This document shows positions 28,326-37,681 of a stretch of DNA of 64,000 nt, one piece after another (the first letter of the stretch is position 1; each line of letters begins with the position of its first letter). Below the pieces are notes generated by a model. That model did no database searches. It saw nothing but the letters and a program-made list of their open reading frames with translations, and was not told where the DNA came from. Where the stretch lies: the NCBI GenBank assembly GCA_029945665.1, contig JAQSCZ010000094.1, positions 9,336 through 73,335 of the forward strand, written 5' to 3'. Source of the DNA: a bacterium (lineage in GTDB: Bacteria > Bacteroidota > Bacteroidia > NS11-12g > UBA955). The translations under genes were made by a program, and so were the position numbers.

Positions 28326-29209
28326 CATGGTATTCACAAGTAAATTTCGATTGCAAATCCAGTAAACTTAAATTGTGTGCGAAACAGCACCCGTATCAAA
28401 TTACAAGTAATGAATTTAAAACAATAGAATCATGCTTGCTCGACCCTTATTATGAAACATGGCCAAAGAGCGCCATTCACAGCAATCTTTTAAAGCTTGG
28501 TAAAATAACCATTTCTCGTTCTACATTTTATAAGCACGCACAGCAAATAATGCCTTCAAAAGAGCGAAAAAAAAGTAGAAAAAAGGGATATCGTCCACTG
28601 CGTGCCTCCTATGTAAATAAATATTGGCACATGGACATTAGTTATTTTAATACCGACAATAATCAACGCAGTTTTATTTATGCCATCATAGACAATTATT
28701 CAAGAAAAATAATTGCTTGGAAATGTGAACAGGAAATAAGTAAAATCCATATTGGTTCTGTTATCAATGAGGCATTAAAACTGACATCTTTGACACAACT
28801 TAATTTGGTCACAGATGGTGGTAAAGAAAATGTCAATCAATACATTCAGAATTTAATTTTGCAATATTATGAACAAAGCGGAATTGATATAGAACATAAA
28901 ATTGCCTTAAAAACCATCAGGCAATCAAATTCTATGATTGAGCGTTTTTTTAGAATTATGAAATCAAACTATTTATATTTCAATGTACCATACTCTCATC
29001 AGGAATTATGTTTAGCACTTGAAAAAATAATTCATGAATACAACTTTTTACGACCCCATTATGCACTCAACCACTTAACACCTGCAGAATGTTTTGATGG
29101 CAAACAATTTCCTGATATTTCAAAAAGAATTAAACGCGCTAGAAAACAAAGATTTAAAAAGAATAAAAATTGTAACTGCACTTTATGCATTTGCGATGAA
29201 CCTGATTGA
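28295..29209 (+). CDS. DDE (rve/integrase-core) transposase orfB
   Basis: YWHMDISYF (first D), LVTDGGKEN (second D), SNSMIERFF (E) and the C-terminal RPHYALNHLTPAE motif typical of the retroviral-integrase superfamily. Confidence 0.8.
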   Translation: MFKLSNNRYMTWYSQVNFDCKSSKLKLCAKQHPYQITSNEFKTIESCLLDPYYETWPKSAIHSNLLKLGKITISRSTFYKHAQQIMPSKERKKSRKKGYRPLRASYVNKYWHMDISYFNTDNNQRSFIYAIIDNYSRKIIAWKCEQEISKIHIGSVINEALKLTSLTQLNLVTDGGKENVNQYIQNLILQYYEQSGIDIEHKIALKTIRQSNSMIERFFRIMKSNYLYFNVPYSHQELCLALEKIIHEYNFLRPHYALNHLTPAECFDGKQFPDISKRIKRARKQRFKKNKNCNCTLCICDEPD

Positions 29210-29345
29210 ATAAAATAAAATTTTAAAATAACGTTGATAGTTCCTATTTTTGAATTAAATGGTCCCTAATAAGGGACCATGCCTTCGGAAAACACCAAAT
29301 TTCCGAACATGACTAGGTTTACAAGTATAAAAAATGAATGAAAAA

Positions 29346-29912
29346 CTATCCAATTTTAAAATTCACAGGGGGTTCGAGTCCCTCTTTCTCCAGGGCAGGG
29401 CTTTCCGTTATTTTTTCGTGTACGGCAAGACTGCTATTATTGTGCCGAGTAATACCGGTAATTGTATTGCCGTTAATATCTTTACTAGCCAACACAAACT
29501 GAATACCTGTATTAACAGCAGGGCTGCCTGTAAGATCATAATTGCTGTAATCTCTATTCAGCTCTTCAATCTGGTGTTCAATCTGCGCATCGGCAATATT
29601 GGTAGTACTATTGTTGTAAACCACATGCACCACTACTGGAATTACGAATTTTGTTTTAGGACAATTGGGTCCAGTTACAATACAAGTCGAGCAGGGTGGG
29701 GTAACAGAAGGATTAGGTAAATGAGACCCAGTGGGGTTTTGGCTGCGATAATATTTAACTACCTGCCTGAAATTAAGCATTCGCCCATCGTATCGAAATG
29801 AATCCAAGGCTCTGATGGCTTGTTCCGAGACATTGGTGCCACAGGTGTCTGTTTGCGCTTTCACACTAAAATTCAAAAGCAGGAGAAAGAAAATGTAAAT
29901 GATTTTATTCAT
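29346..29912 (-). pseudogene. truncated M43/pappalysin-type zinc metalloprotease (N-terminal ~155 aa only)
   Basis: Signal peptide MNKIIYIFFLLLLNFSVKAQ. IPVVVHVVYNNSTTNIADAQIEHQIEELNRDYS and GIQFVLASKDINGNTITGITR resemble the N-terminal half of the family. No HExxH zinc motif occurs before the stop, and the reading frame then runs through the tRNA-like fragment. Confidence 0.5.
29365..29392 (+). other. orphan tRNA 3' fragment (T-arm plus acceptor 3' strand), tRNA-Ser-like
   Basis: GGGGG-TTCGAGT-CCCTC followed by TTTCTCC-A. The upstream 60 nt are AT-rich and have no D or anticodon arm, so this is not an intact tRNA. Confidence 0.55.
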
Positions 29913-30005
29913 GATAATGATGATTTGGGTGCAATATATACAAAAAGACACAAATGCGCCAAATCTGGCGTAAATATAGTATGAATTTAATTTTCGCTTT
30001 GCTGT

Positions 30006-30227
30006 GTGCAAAATGACAAGAGATTTATAAGGTTAGGATTGAAGATTAAAGAGCTTAGAATTAAGGCTGGATATACAAGTTATGAAAATTTTGCAATGGA
30101 TCATGGCTTTGCAAGGCGATACTATTGGTCAGTGGAAAAAGGTCGGAGCTTTAGTATGAATTATTTCTTTAAAATATTAGATGCTTTAGAAACTACACCA
30201 GAAAAATTTTTTCAAAACTGGGATTAA
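30006..30227 (+). CDS. XRE-family helix-turn-helix transcriptional regulator
   Basis: LGLKIKELRIKAGYTSYENFA...YYWSVEKGRSFSMNYFFKILDAL is a classic Cro/C1 HTH; 73 aa with a GTG start. Confidence 0.8.
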   Translation: MQNDKRFIRLGLKIKELRIKAGYTSYENFAMDHGFARRYYWSVEKGRSFSMNYFFKILDALETTPEKFFQNWD

Positions 30228-30258
30228 TATGTTATATTTGTGTTCATACGAACGTACA

Positions 30259-32279
30259 ATGTTAGTCCGGCACTTATTTTTTTCATGTTATCTCTTTTTT
30301 AGTTTAAATTCATTATTAGGCCAATCAGATACACAGTATTGGTATTTTGGCTATAACGCAGGGATTAAGTTTACCAAGAGCAATTATCAAGTAGATACTA
30401 AGGGACAAATAAATACAGGAGAAGGGACACGTAGTATTGATTTAGGAGATGGAGTTTTTTTTTATTCAGATGGCGAATCTATTTTTAATAAGAATCATCA
30501 CAAAATAAAAGGGATTTCATTGAGAGGTGAGCCAAGTTCAACACAAGCGGCAATGTTTATTAAACATGAAGATAATGATTCTATTATTTTTTTACTTACA
30601 AATTCAACATCTACCACTGCGGGGACTGATTGTCCTTCTTTTTATTATGAATTGAAAATTGAAAATGATACATCATTACAACTGAAGCAAGGCTTTAGTT
30701 TAAACCAGTTTGGCTCAGAAAAGACAAGTTCTATTCTACATAAAAATTGTAGAGATATTTGGATAGTGTCACATAAATTTACAGGTATTGAATATTATAC
30801 CTATTTAATTAATAAAAACGGGTTGATTCAATGTAAAACATCATCATTATTAGGGTCAAATTATAAGACATCATCTAACCCTGGCCAAGGCCAGATTAAA
30901 TTTAGTACAAATGGAAATTATATAGCGGCATCATCCAGTGCTCTTGGAAAGGTTGACTTATTCCATTTTGATAATTCTTCAGGAAAATTATCCAGCCCTA
31001 TCATTCTTGATATTTTTTTTAATCATGGTATTGAATTTTCGCTCAATGAAAGATACTTGTATGTTACTAATATTCAAGGTAAGTTATTTCAATATGATTT
31101 GACTATTTGGGATTCTGCAAGTATTAAGGCAACAGAAAAAACAATAACTTCTCAAGGTGTTAAAACCATATCCCCACTACAAATGTGTACAAATGGTAAA
31201 ATATATTGGAGTCATAATGATTCGGGCTATTTAGCGGTAATTAATGACCCTGATAGTTCCGGCAATAAATGTAATTTTACTTTTAGGGGAATTTACCTTA
31301 ATGGAAAAAAGAGTGCAGGAGGAGTTCCCGCATTCAATCAAAGCTATTTCTATACTCCTGCAATAAATTACAGCTATGAGATGGAATGTATAGGCAATAG
31401 TGTAAAATTTTGGGGAAATGATACCTTTTCAGCTAATACACACAATTGGCAAGTGAGGAAGTTGGCAATTGGCACTTGGCAAAGTGTAAGCAACAGTAAA
31501 AGCTTTACCTATGCTTTTGCAGATACAGGAAGGTATGATATCAGGTACATAGCGGGTAATGGTACAAAAAGGGATACAGTTATTAAAACCATAACCATTT
31601 ACCCTAAAATTAATAAGCAGTTTTTGGGCAAGGACACGACATATACAACAGGTTCCTCAATCAACAAGATACTGAAAACTCCCAACGGAATGCACTGCCA
31701 TCTATGGCTGAATGACAGCAGCGGTTTAAGCACTTTCACCGCAGATACAACAGGTATATATATATATGCAAAGTAACTAATCAGGCTTTTTGTGAAATTA
31801 TAGATACAATAATTATAAAGGAATGTATCGATAATTTAACAACACCAAGCATATTCAGAATTAAAGATACATTGTACACTTATAATCAATTGGCTGATAG
31901 TTTTGTATGGTTCAGGAACAATATTCAATATAAAATTACCCAAAAACCATTTATCAAACTTTCCGATACCGGTACTTATAGGGTGGAAGCGGCAAAGAAA
32001 GATCATTGCAATCGAAGCAGTACCAGTATTTATGTAAACAAATTAGGTGTTAATTCTATTAGTTTACAAGAAGCGGGAATTAGACTATACCCCAATCCGA
32101 CCAATGAAAAAGTATTTATTCAATCAGAAAAAGATTTTAAATTGCTGATAACAGATATAACTGGAAAGATAATTCTTGATATTGAAAATGTACCGGAGGT
32201 TAGTTTACCTAAAGGAATGTACCTTTTTAGGTTTTTGGTTAATCAATCTATGATAGTAGAAAAGGTTATAGTTTGGTAA
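30259..32279 (+). pseudogene. T9SS cargo protein split by a frameshift at a (TA)6 tract (track ORFs 30229-31776 and 31872-32279)
   Basis: N-terminal signal peptide MLVRHLFFSCYLFFSLNSLLGQ and a YWYFGYNAGIKF family motif. The C-terminal ORF ends in a Por/T9SS type A sorting domain (IRLYPNPTNEKVFIQ...GMYLFRF...VIVW). Frame 0 is open from 31716, and removing 2 nt joins the two parts. Confidence 0.7.
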
Positions 32280-32676
32280 TTGGCTCTCCACAAGATTTAC
32301 GTTATAAATCTGTCAAAAAAGTTCGACATTTCGCGCATTGCTTCCGGGGGAGCATTCTTCTATGTTCGACCCAGCTTACGGTGGAAAAGAGCTTGCCAAG
32401 AAATTACAGGAATATCTTGAAGCTAGTAAATTTGAATCCAATTGATTCATTTAGAAATTAAACAACCGCACAAAAGTAATTATTATGTCTTTTGTGCAAT
32501 CGACTTTTTTATCCTTTATACCAATAAACAAAATTGATTTCGGATTTTAATTATTTTAGAAAGTTTAAATTACTTCCATTCCAAATTTTTACGACTCATA
32601 GAATATATGATGAGAACATAAACATTGCAAAATAAATCATCTGTTGGTCGATTGAAAAAAAAAACTAAACAAAAAA

Positions 32677-32704
32677 AACGGAACATCATCTCAGACATTC
32701 CGTT
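32677..32704 (-). terminator. Rho-independent terminator after the DUF4382-like gene
   Basis: Stem AACGGAA / TTCCGTT, followed on the minus strand by a T7-G-TTT run; 64 nt past the stop. Confidence 0.55.
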
Positions 32705-32767
32705 TTTATAAAACTACTAAAACACTAAACTTTCTAAAACTATATAAAAGGTATCAAACTCCCTTTT

Positions 32768-33559
32768 TTACTTAACTGTAATGAGGCCAACATTCGTTAT
32801 TGCTCCGATGGTTACACCTACTCCTAATATAGCAGTATCAGTGTATGGAGCTTTTGGCATAACTAAAACTTTATAACTTCCTGCAGATAATCCGCCAATA
32901 TAAAAAGTACCAGTAAGCGTATCGGTATAGGTACTAAATGAATCGGTTCCTGAAATTGCATACACTGCAGGATGTGCTAAAAGAGGTAATACCAAGCCCT
33001 GAATTGAACCTGTTGTGGCCTTTGTAACAACCCTTATCACAGGTTTAAGCATATATTTACCATTACCTGTTGCCACAATAGATTTATCTGCATCAAAATC
33101 CAATAACATATTATAATCAACACCAGCTAATAGCTCGGCATGCACTTGCAATTTAAGTCCCGACTGTTGCGCACTTGGGGTAGTCAATAGATAGGTTGTA
33201 CCTTTAACAACAACTTTGTTATTATCGCCAAGTATTAACCGTATTTGAGAGACATTTCCCACTGCTACTTGACCATTGGCAATTAGTGTATCTTTTCCAT
33301 TGGTTAAATCTAGCAGATTATAAATTCCTGCCTTTACATTTAATGCTACCCATCCGTTAACATCTGAGTTGACTTCGGCACCAATAATTTCTACATATAC
33401 GGCATCATAATCACCTGGGGCATCTGTCATACGCATATTAAATGTAGATTTTTGTGATTCGGAAGATGAAGTTCCAGAGGAAGATGTTTCATTTTTTTTA
33501 CAAGCTGAAAATAGCAATATGCTAATTAAAACCAAAAGCTTGCTATTAATTAAGGCCAT
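32768..33559 (-). CDS. DUF4382-like lipoprotein
   Basis: I moved the start to ATG 33559 (MALINSKLLVLISILLFSAC lipobox). MRMTDAPGDYDAVYVEIIGAEV...LKLQVHAEL...YMLKPVIRV matches the DUF4382 pattern as I remember it. Confidence 0.7.
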   Translation of the reverse strand: MALINSKLLVLISILLFSACKKNETSSSGTSSSESQKSTFNMRMTDAPGDYDAVYVEIIGAEVNSDVNGWVALNVKAGIYNLLDLTNGKDTLIANGQVAVGNVSQIRLILGDNNKVVVKGTTYLLTTPSAQQSGLKLQVHAELLAGVDYNMLLDFDADKSIVATGNGKYMLKPVIRVVTKATTGSIQGLVLPLLAHPAVYAISGTDSFSTYTDTLTGTFYIGGLSAGSYKVLVMPKAPYTDTAILGVGVTIGAITNVGLITVK

Positions 33560-33861
33560 CTTGCCTATTTTACCAAAAGGTGTATCGTTTTCTATTACAC
33601 CCTTCTTGCTGTCGATTAAAATTTTATAAATATTCATACCAAGAATGAAACACGTTTAGTGCCAAGAAAAATAATTAAAATAAATTAACCACAACCTATT
33701 GATTTAATGTATGTTAGCAAATTTACTTAGAAAAATTTGTTAAAAACACCAACCTATTTATATGTCAAATTGATAATTGTCAATCATTTTGAGAAAATAC
33801 ACAAGAAATGACTTTGCAAAAACATGAATAACATGTCTTACAAAGATTCTTTAAAATTAAC

Positions 33862-33896
33862 AAAAAAAAATCCCATCAGCCTAGACTGTTGGGATT
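33862..33896 (-). terminator. Rho-independent terminator after tsf
   Basis: On the minus strand, AAAATCCCAACAG-tctagg-CTGATGGGATTTT (one mismatch) runs into a T-run totalling 11 T. Confidence 0.65.
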
Positions 33897-33919
33897 TTAA
33901 AATATAACTTAAATTTAAA

Positions 33920-34765
33920 TTAAGCGCCTAAAGCAACTCTTTTGAAACTTTTTACTACTAAACCTGCTTCTGTATCAGTTAGCATTTTAGCAATAGTTTT
34001 AGAACTATCTTTAACAAACTCTTGGTTCATCAAAGTATATTCTTTGTAGAATTTATTCAATCTACCTAAAGCAATTTTCTCAGCCATTTCAGCTGGTTTG
34101 CCTTCAGCAATTGCTTGGTCTTTTCCAACTTCAATTTCTCTAGCGATTGTTTCTTTAGAAACTTCACTTTCGTTTAAAGCGATTGGATTCATTGCAGCAA
34201 TTTGCATAGCAGTATCTTTACCAGCTGCAGTGTTTGCGTCGCTGGCAGGATTATTCATCTCTACCAATACACCCATTCTGTTTCCAGCATGAATATAAGC
34301 TACTACATTTTCACCATTTATAATTTCATATTTAGAAACATCTAATTTCTCACCAGTTTTACCCATCAAATCAATTAAGGTTTGCTCCAAAGCCACACCA
34401 TTGATAGTAGAAGCTTTTAAGGCCTCAAGATTTGCTGGTTTTGAATTTATTGCATACTGCGCGATATCGTTAGCTGCTTTTAAGAAATCGTCAGTTTTAG
34501 CTACAAAATCTGTTTCACAATTTAACTCAATGATAATTCCTGTTTTTCTATCTTCTGAAGTCAATGCAATGACTGCACCTTCTTTAGCTGCTCTATCAGC
34601 CCTGTTCATAGAAATTTTTTGACCTTTTTTTCTTAAAAAATCGATCGCTGCTTCAAAGTCTCCGTTGCTTTCAGTAAGGGCTTTTTTACAATCCATCATA
34701 CCTGCACCGGTCATTTGACGCAATTTATTTACATCTGCTGCACTTATTGTTGACATATTACTCAT
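33920..34765 (-). CDS. tsf: translation elongation factor Ts
   Basis: VNKLRQMTGAGMMDCKKAL UBA-like N-terminus; 281 aa; located downstream of rpsB. Confidence 0.97.
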   Translation of the reverse strand: MSNMSTISAADVNKLRQMTGAGMMDCKKALTESNGDFEAAIDFLRKKGQKISMNRADRAAKEGAVIALTSEDRKTGIIIELNCETDFVAKTDDFLKAANDIAQYAINSKPANLEALKASTINGVALEQTLIDLMGKTGEKLDVSKYEIINGENVVAYIHAGNRMGVLVEMNNPASDANTAAGKDTAMQIAAMNPIALNESEVSKETIAREIEVGKDQAIAEGKPAEMAEKIALGRLNKFYKEYTLMNQEFVKDSSKTIAKMLTDTEAGLVVKSFKRVALGA

Positions 34766-34782
34766 GTTATCCTTTTGTAAAA

Positions 34783-35532
34783 TTAAGCTTCTGCACTTTC
34801 TTTTTCTGTCTTAGATTTTTCAATCTCAGCAGAATCTTTGTCTTTCTTTCTTTCGGCCATACCTTCTTCGATAGCTGCTACGATATAATCAACGATAAAT
34901 TTAATTGATTTTGAAGAATCGTCATTACATGGAATTGGGAAATCGATGTTAGTAGGATCGCTATTGGTATCAACCATGGCAATAGTTGGCATGTTTAATT
35001 TCATAGCTTCTGCTACTGCTAAATGCTCGCGTTTTACGTCAACGATAAACAATGCAGATGGCAAACGCGACATGTCAGCAATACCACCTAATACTTTGGT
35101 TAATTTTGCCTTTTCACGCTCCAACATTAATTTTTCTTTTTTGTTGATATTGGCATAAGTACCGTCTACAGCCATTTTATCAATGGTTTGCATTTTTTTG
35201 ATTGACTTACGAACTGTAGCAAAATTGGTTAACATACCACCCAACCATCTTTCAACCGCGAACGGCATGGCAGTTTGAGCAGCAGCTTCCTTAATGATAT
35301 CTTTTGCTTGTTTTTTAGTGGCTACAAATAAAATTTTGCGACCTGATTTAACCATGCTCTTGATAGCAGCACCTGCTTCTTCTAATTTAACAGCAGTTTT
35401 GTGTAAATCGATGATATGAATTCCATCTTGCTCCATAAAAATGTATGGTGCCATTTTGGGATTCCATTTGCGGGTAAGGTGTCCGAAATGACAACCCGCT
35501 TCCAATAATTGTTCTTGTGATACTGAAGACAT
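34783..35532 (-). CDS. rpsB: 30S ribosomal protein S2
   Basis: LLEAGCHFGHLTRKWNPKM signature. Confidence 0.97.
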   Translation of the reverse strand: MSSVSQEQLLEAGCHFGHLTRKWNPKMAPYIFMEQDGIHIIDLHKTAVKLEEAGAAIKSMVKSGRKILFVATKKQAKDIIKEAAAQTAMPFAVERWLGGMLTNFATVRKSIKKMQTIDKMAVDGTYANINKKEKLMLEREKAKLTKVLGGIADMSRLPSALFIVDVKREHLAVAEAMKLNMPTIAMVDTNSDPTNIDFPIPCNDDSSKSIKFIVDYIVAAIEEGMAERKKDKDSAEIEKSKTEKESAEA

Positions 35533-35544
35533 TTGTAATAAATA

Positions 35545-35931
35545 TTAACGTTTGCTGAATTGAAATCTTTTTCTTGCTTTCTTTTGACCTGGTTTCTTTC
35601 TTTCAACCATTCTGTCATCTCTTGTTAACAAACCAAGAGGCTTTAAGGCCAAACGATTTTCTACGTCAATTTCACAAAGAGATTTTGAAATAGCCAACCG
35701 AATTGCTTCTGCTTGACCAGTAACACCACCGCCATCAACATTAATTTTAATGTCGAATTTACCAACGTTGTCGGTAACTTGTAATGGTTGCATTACTTTG
35801 AATTGGTTTACAATTGTAGTGAAATAGGCATCGTATGATTTGTTATTAATCATGATGGCACCAGTCCCTGGTGTCATATAAATACGAGCAATTGAGGTTT
35901 TTCTTCTACCTGATGTATTTGTAACTTCCAT
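35545..35931 (-). CDS. rpsI: 30S ribosomal protein S9
   Basis: GGGVTGQAEAIRLAISKSL and the C-terminal KKARKRFQFSKR. Confidence 0.97.
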   Translation of the reverse strand: MEVTNTSGRRKTSIARIYMTPGTGAIMINNKSYDAYFTTIVNQFKVMQPLQVTDNVGKFDIKINVDGGGVTGQAEAIRLAISKSLCEIDVENRLALKPLGLLTRDDRMVERKKPGQKKARKRFQFSKR

Positions 35932-35946
35932 GTTATTTTGTATGGA

Positions 35947-36396
35947 TTATAATTTAATTTTTAATGGTTTCGGCTGTTGTGCTTCGTGCGGATGTGAATC
36001 ACCTTCGTAAACAAATAGGTTGGTGTACATTTTGCTACCCAATTTATTTTTAGGCAACATTCCTTTCACTGCTTCTTCAATCAATTTGATTGGCTTTTTA
36101 TTCACTAGGTCGCCCGCAGTGATTCTTTTTTGCCCCCCAGGAAAACCAGAATAAGTGATGTATTCTTTGGTGGCTAATTTGCTTCCAGAAAGTTTTACCT
36201 TTCCTGCATTGATAACGATTACGCAATCTCCGTTGTCGGAGTTTGGGGTATAATCAGTTTTATTTTTGCCAATCAGGGCAGCAGCTATCTGGGTTGATAA
36301 ACGACCAAGTATTTTATCACTTGCATCAACTACATACCAATTCTTCTGAATGGTTGCTTTATTAGCATAAACGGTTTTGTAACTTATTGAATCCAC
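35947..36396 (-). CDS. rplM: 50S ribosomal protein L13
   Basis: WYVVDASDKILGRLSTQIA signature. Confidence 0.97.
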   Translation of the reverse strand: MDSISYKTVYANKATIQKNWYVVDASDKILGRLSTQIAAALIGKNKTDYTPNSDNGDCVIVINAGKVKLSGSKLATKEYITYSGFPGGQKRITAGDLVNKKPIKLIEEAVKGMLPKNKLGSKMYTNLFVYEGDSHPHEAQQPKPLKIKL

Positions 36397-36427
36397 GACT
36401 TTATTATGTTGAAAAAATTAAGGGTTG

Positions 36428-36459
36428 CAAAATTAGATAATCATTATTGAAATACCAAA
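36428..36459 (-). promoter_or_regulatory. candidate Bacteroidota sigma-A promoter for rplM-rpsI-rpsB-tsf
   Basis: Minus strand reads TTTG (36459-36456), a 20-nt spacer, then TAATTTTG (36435-36428). The box ends 31 nt before the rplM ATG. This matches the TTTG / TAnnTTTG architecture. Confidence 0.55.
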
Positions 36460-36473
36460 CAGTATTCCACTTT

Positions 36474-37607
36474 TTATTTAACAGTGCTTGCGATTTCTTC
36501 ATAAACCCTTGCTAATACTTGCTTTTCTGTGGCCCAATTGTAATATTTTTTTACAGCTAATTTTCCGTTTTGAGCCATCTGTTCACTTTTTTCGACATCC
36601 CTGTGCATACTTTCAATGGCTTCGGAAAGCGCAATTGCCGAAAAAGGATCTATACACTTGCCCGAATTATTCCCCTCAATTACCCCTTTATAAAGCGGAA
36701 AATTGGAGGTAATCACAGGCAAACCAATCGCCATATATTCGAATAATTTGGTAGGATAGCTGTCTGTGGAATTTTTCATAGGCCAAATAATGCATAAGCC
36801 CATGCTGCAATGTTTTGCATACTTATAACCCTCTTCTAAAGACAACCTGCCATGAAAATGCAGTTGACCTTCAACTTCGGTATAATATGGCAAAGCTTTA
36901 ATCTTTGTTTCTAAATCGCTATAAAGCTCGCCCACACAGTGGAAATCGTATATTTCACCTTTCATTTTCAATAGATGTATGGCTTCTATGATTTGCAAAA
37001 TGCCTCTATTTTCAAGCACAATTCCTATATAAAATACACTTTTTACATTCTGAAACTGCCCTTGTTCATAGGATTTAAAAAAATCGAGATCGCAAAAATT
37101 TTGAACGGTTGCAAACCGCTTTGAAAGCTCCAAGTAGCGATTTTGGTATGATTTTTCGGCCAATACAATATAAAAATATCGACAAGCCATTTTTTCAAAA
37201 AAATGAAATAATAGATAAGCCAATCTTTGATGCCTTATCCATGGTTTATCAAAAATATCCTCCGCTATATTCTCATGCACATCCCATATCACTTGCTTTC
37301 CAGCTAGTTTTAATAATAACCCACAAGGAATTAATTCAGGATCGTGTAAATGATAAACCTTAGCACCAATCCGCATGGCTTTAAAAAACATAATTAGCCA
37401 ACCAAACGACACCCTTAATTTCCTATTGTGAATGCGTTTGAAAGGAATAATTTCAATACCCTTGAAGGTTTCAGCTTTCTCATGTACTGCTATTAAACTC
37501 ACCTTATAGGTTGTTTTCAATGATTGACACATGCGATAGAATATGCGCGTATCAAGCGCAAAATGCACAGAACTAAGGTGACATATTTTAATAGGAGATG
37601 GTTTCAA
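36474..37607 (-). CDS. glycosyltransferase family 4-like protein
   Basis: GT-B fold pattern with a C-terminal E-x7-E-like region (PTKLFEYMAIGLPVITS). Confidence 0.75.
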   Translation of the reverse strand: MKPSPIKICHLSSVHFALDTRIFYRMCQSLKTTYKVSLIAVHEKAETFKGIEIIPFKRIHNRKLRVSFGWLIMFFKAMRIGAKVYHLHDPELIPCGLLLKLAGKQVIWDVHENIAEDIFDKPWIRHQRLAYLLFHFFEKMACRYFYIVLAEKSYQNRYLELSKRFATVQNFCDLDFFKSYEQGQFQNVKSVFYIGIVLENRGILQIIEAIHLLKMKGEIYDFHCVGELYSDLETKIKALPYYTEVEGQLHFHGRLSLEEGYKYAKHCSMGLCIIWPMKNSTDSYPTKLFEYMAIGLPVITSNFPLYKGVIEGNNSGKCIDPFSAIALSEAIESMHRDVEKSEQMAQNGKLAVKKYYNWATEKQVLARVYEEIASTVK

Positions 37608-37681
37608 TAGGAAGTAGAAAAAGTAATATAATCCTAAAGTAATCCTTTAAGAAGGAATGCTCTAAAAATCTATTTATGAAT

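Larger units (their letters stand above)
27918..29209 (+). mobile_element. IS3-family-like insertion sequence coding region (ends/IRs not resolved)
   Basis: Two ORFs overlap by 31 nt, with orfB in the -1 frame relative to orfA. An A6 run lies at 28281-28286 upstream of the orfA stop, where the -1 frame is already open (from 28256). orfB carries an rve-type DDE core. Confidence 0.7.

Noticed and set aside
29300-29395. An intact tRNA or tmRNA gene ending at 29392.
   Set aside because: Only the T-arm and the acceptor 3' strand are present. The preceding 60-70 nt are AT-rich and cannot form the acceptor 5' strand (GGAGAAA is absent), the D arm or the anticodon arm.
32273-32461. The 62-aa ORF following the T9SS tail ORF.
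   Set aside because: It has no motif and overlaps the stop of the preceding gene. A different frame shows the more protein-like remnant, so I treat the region as non-coding or decayed.
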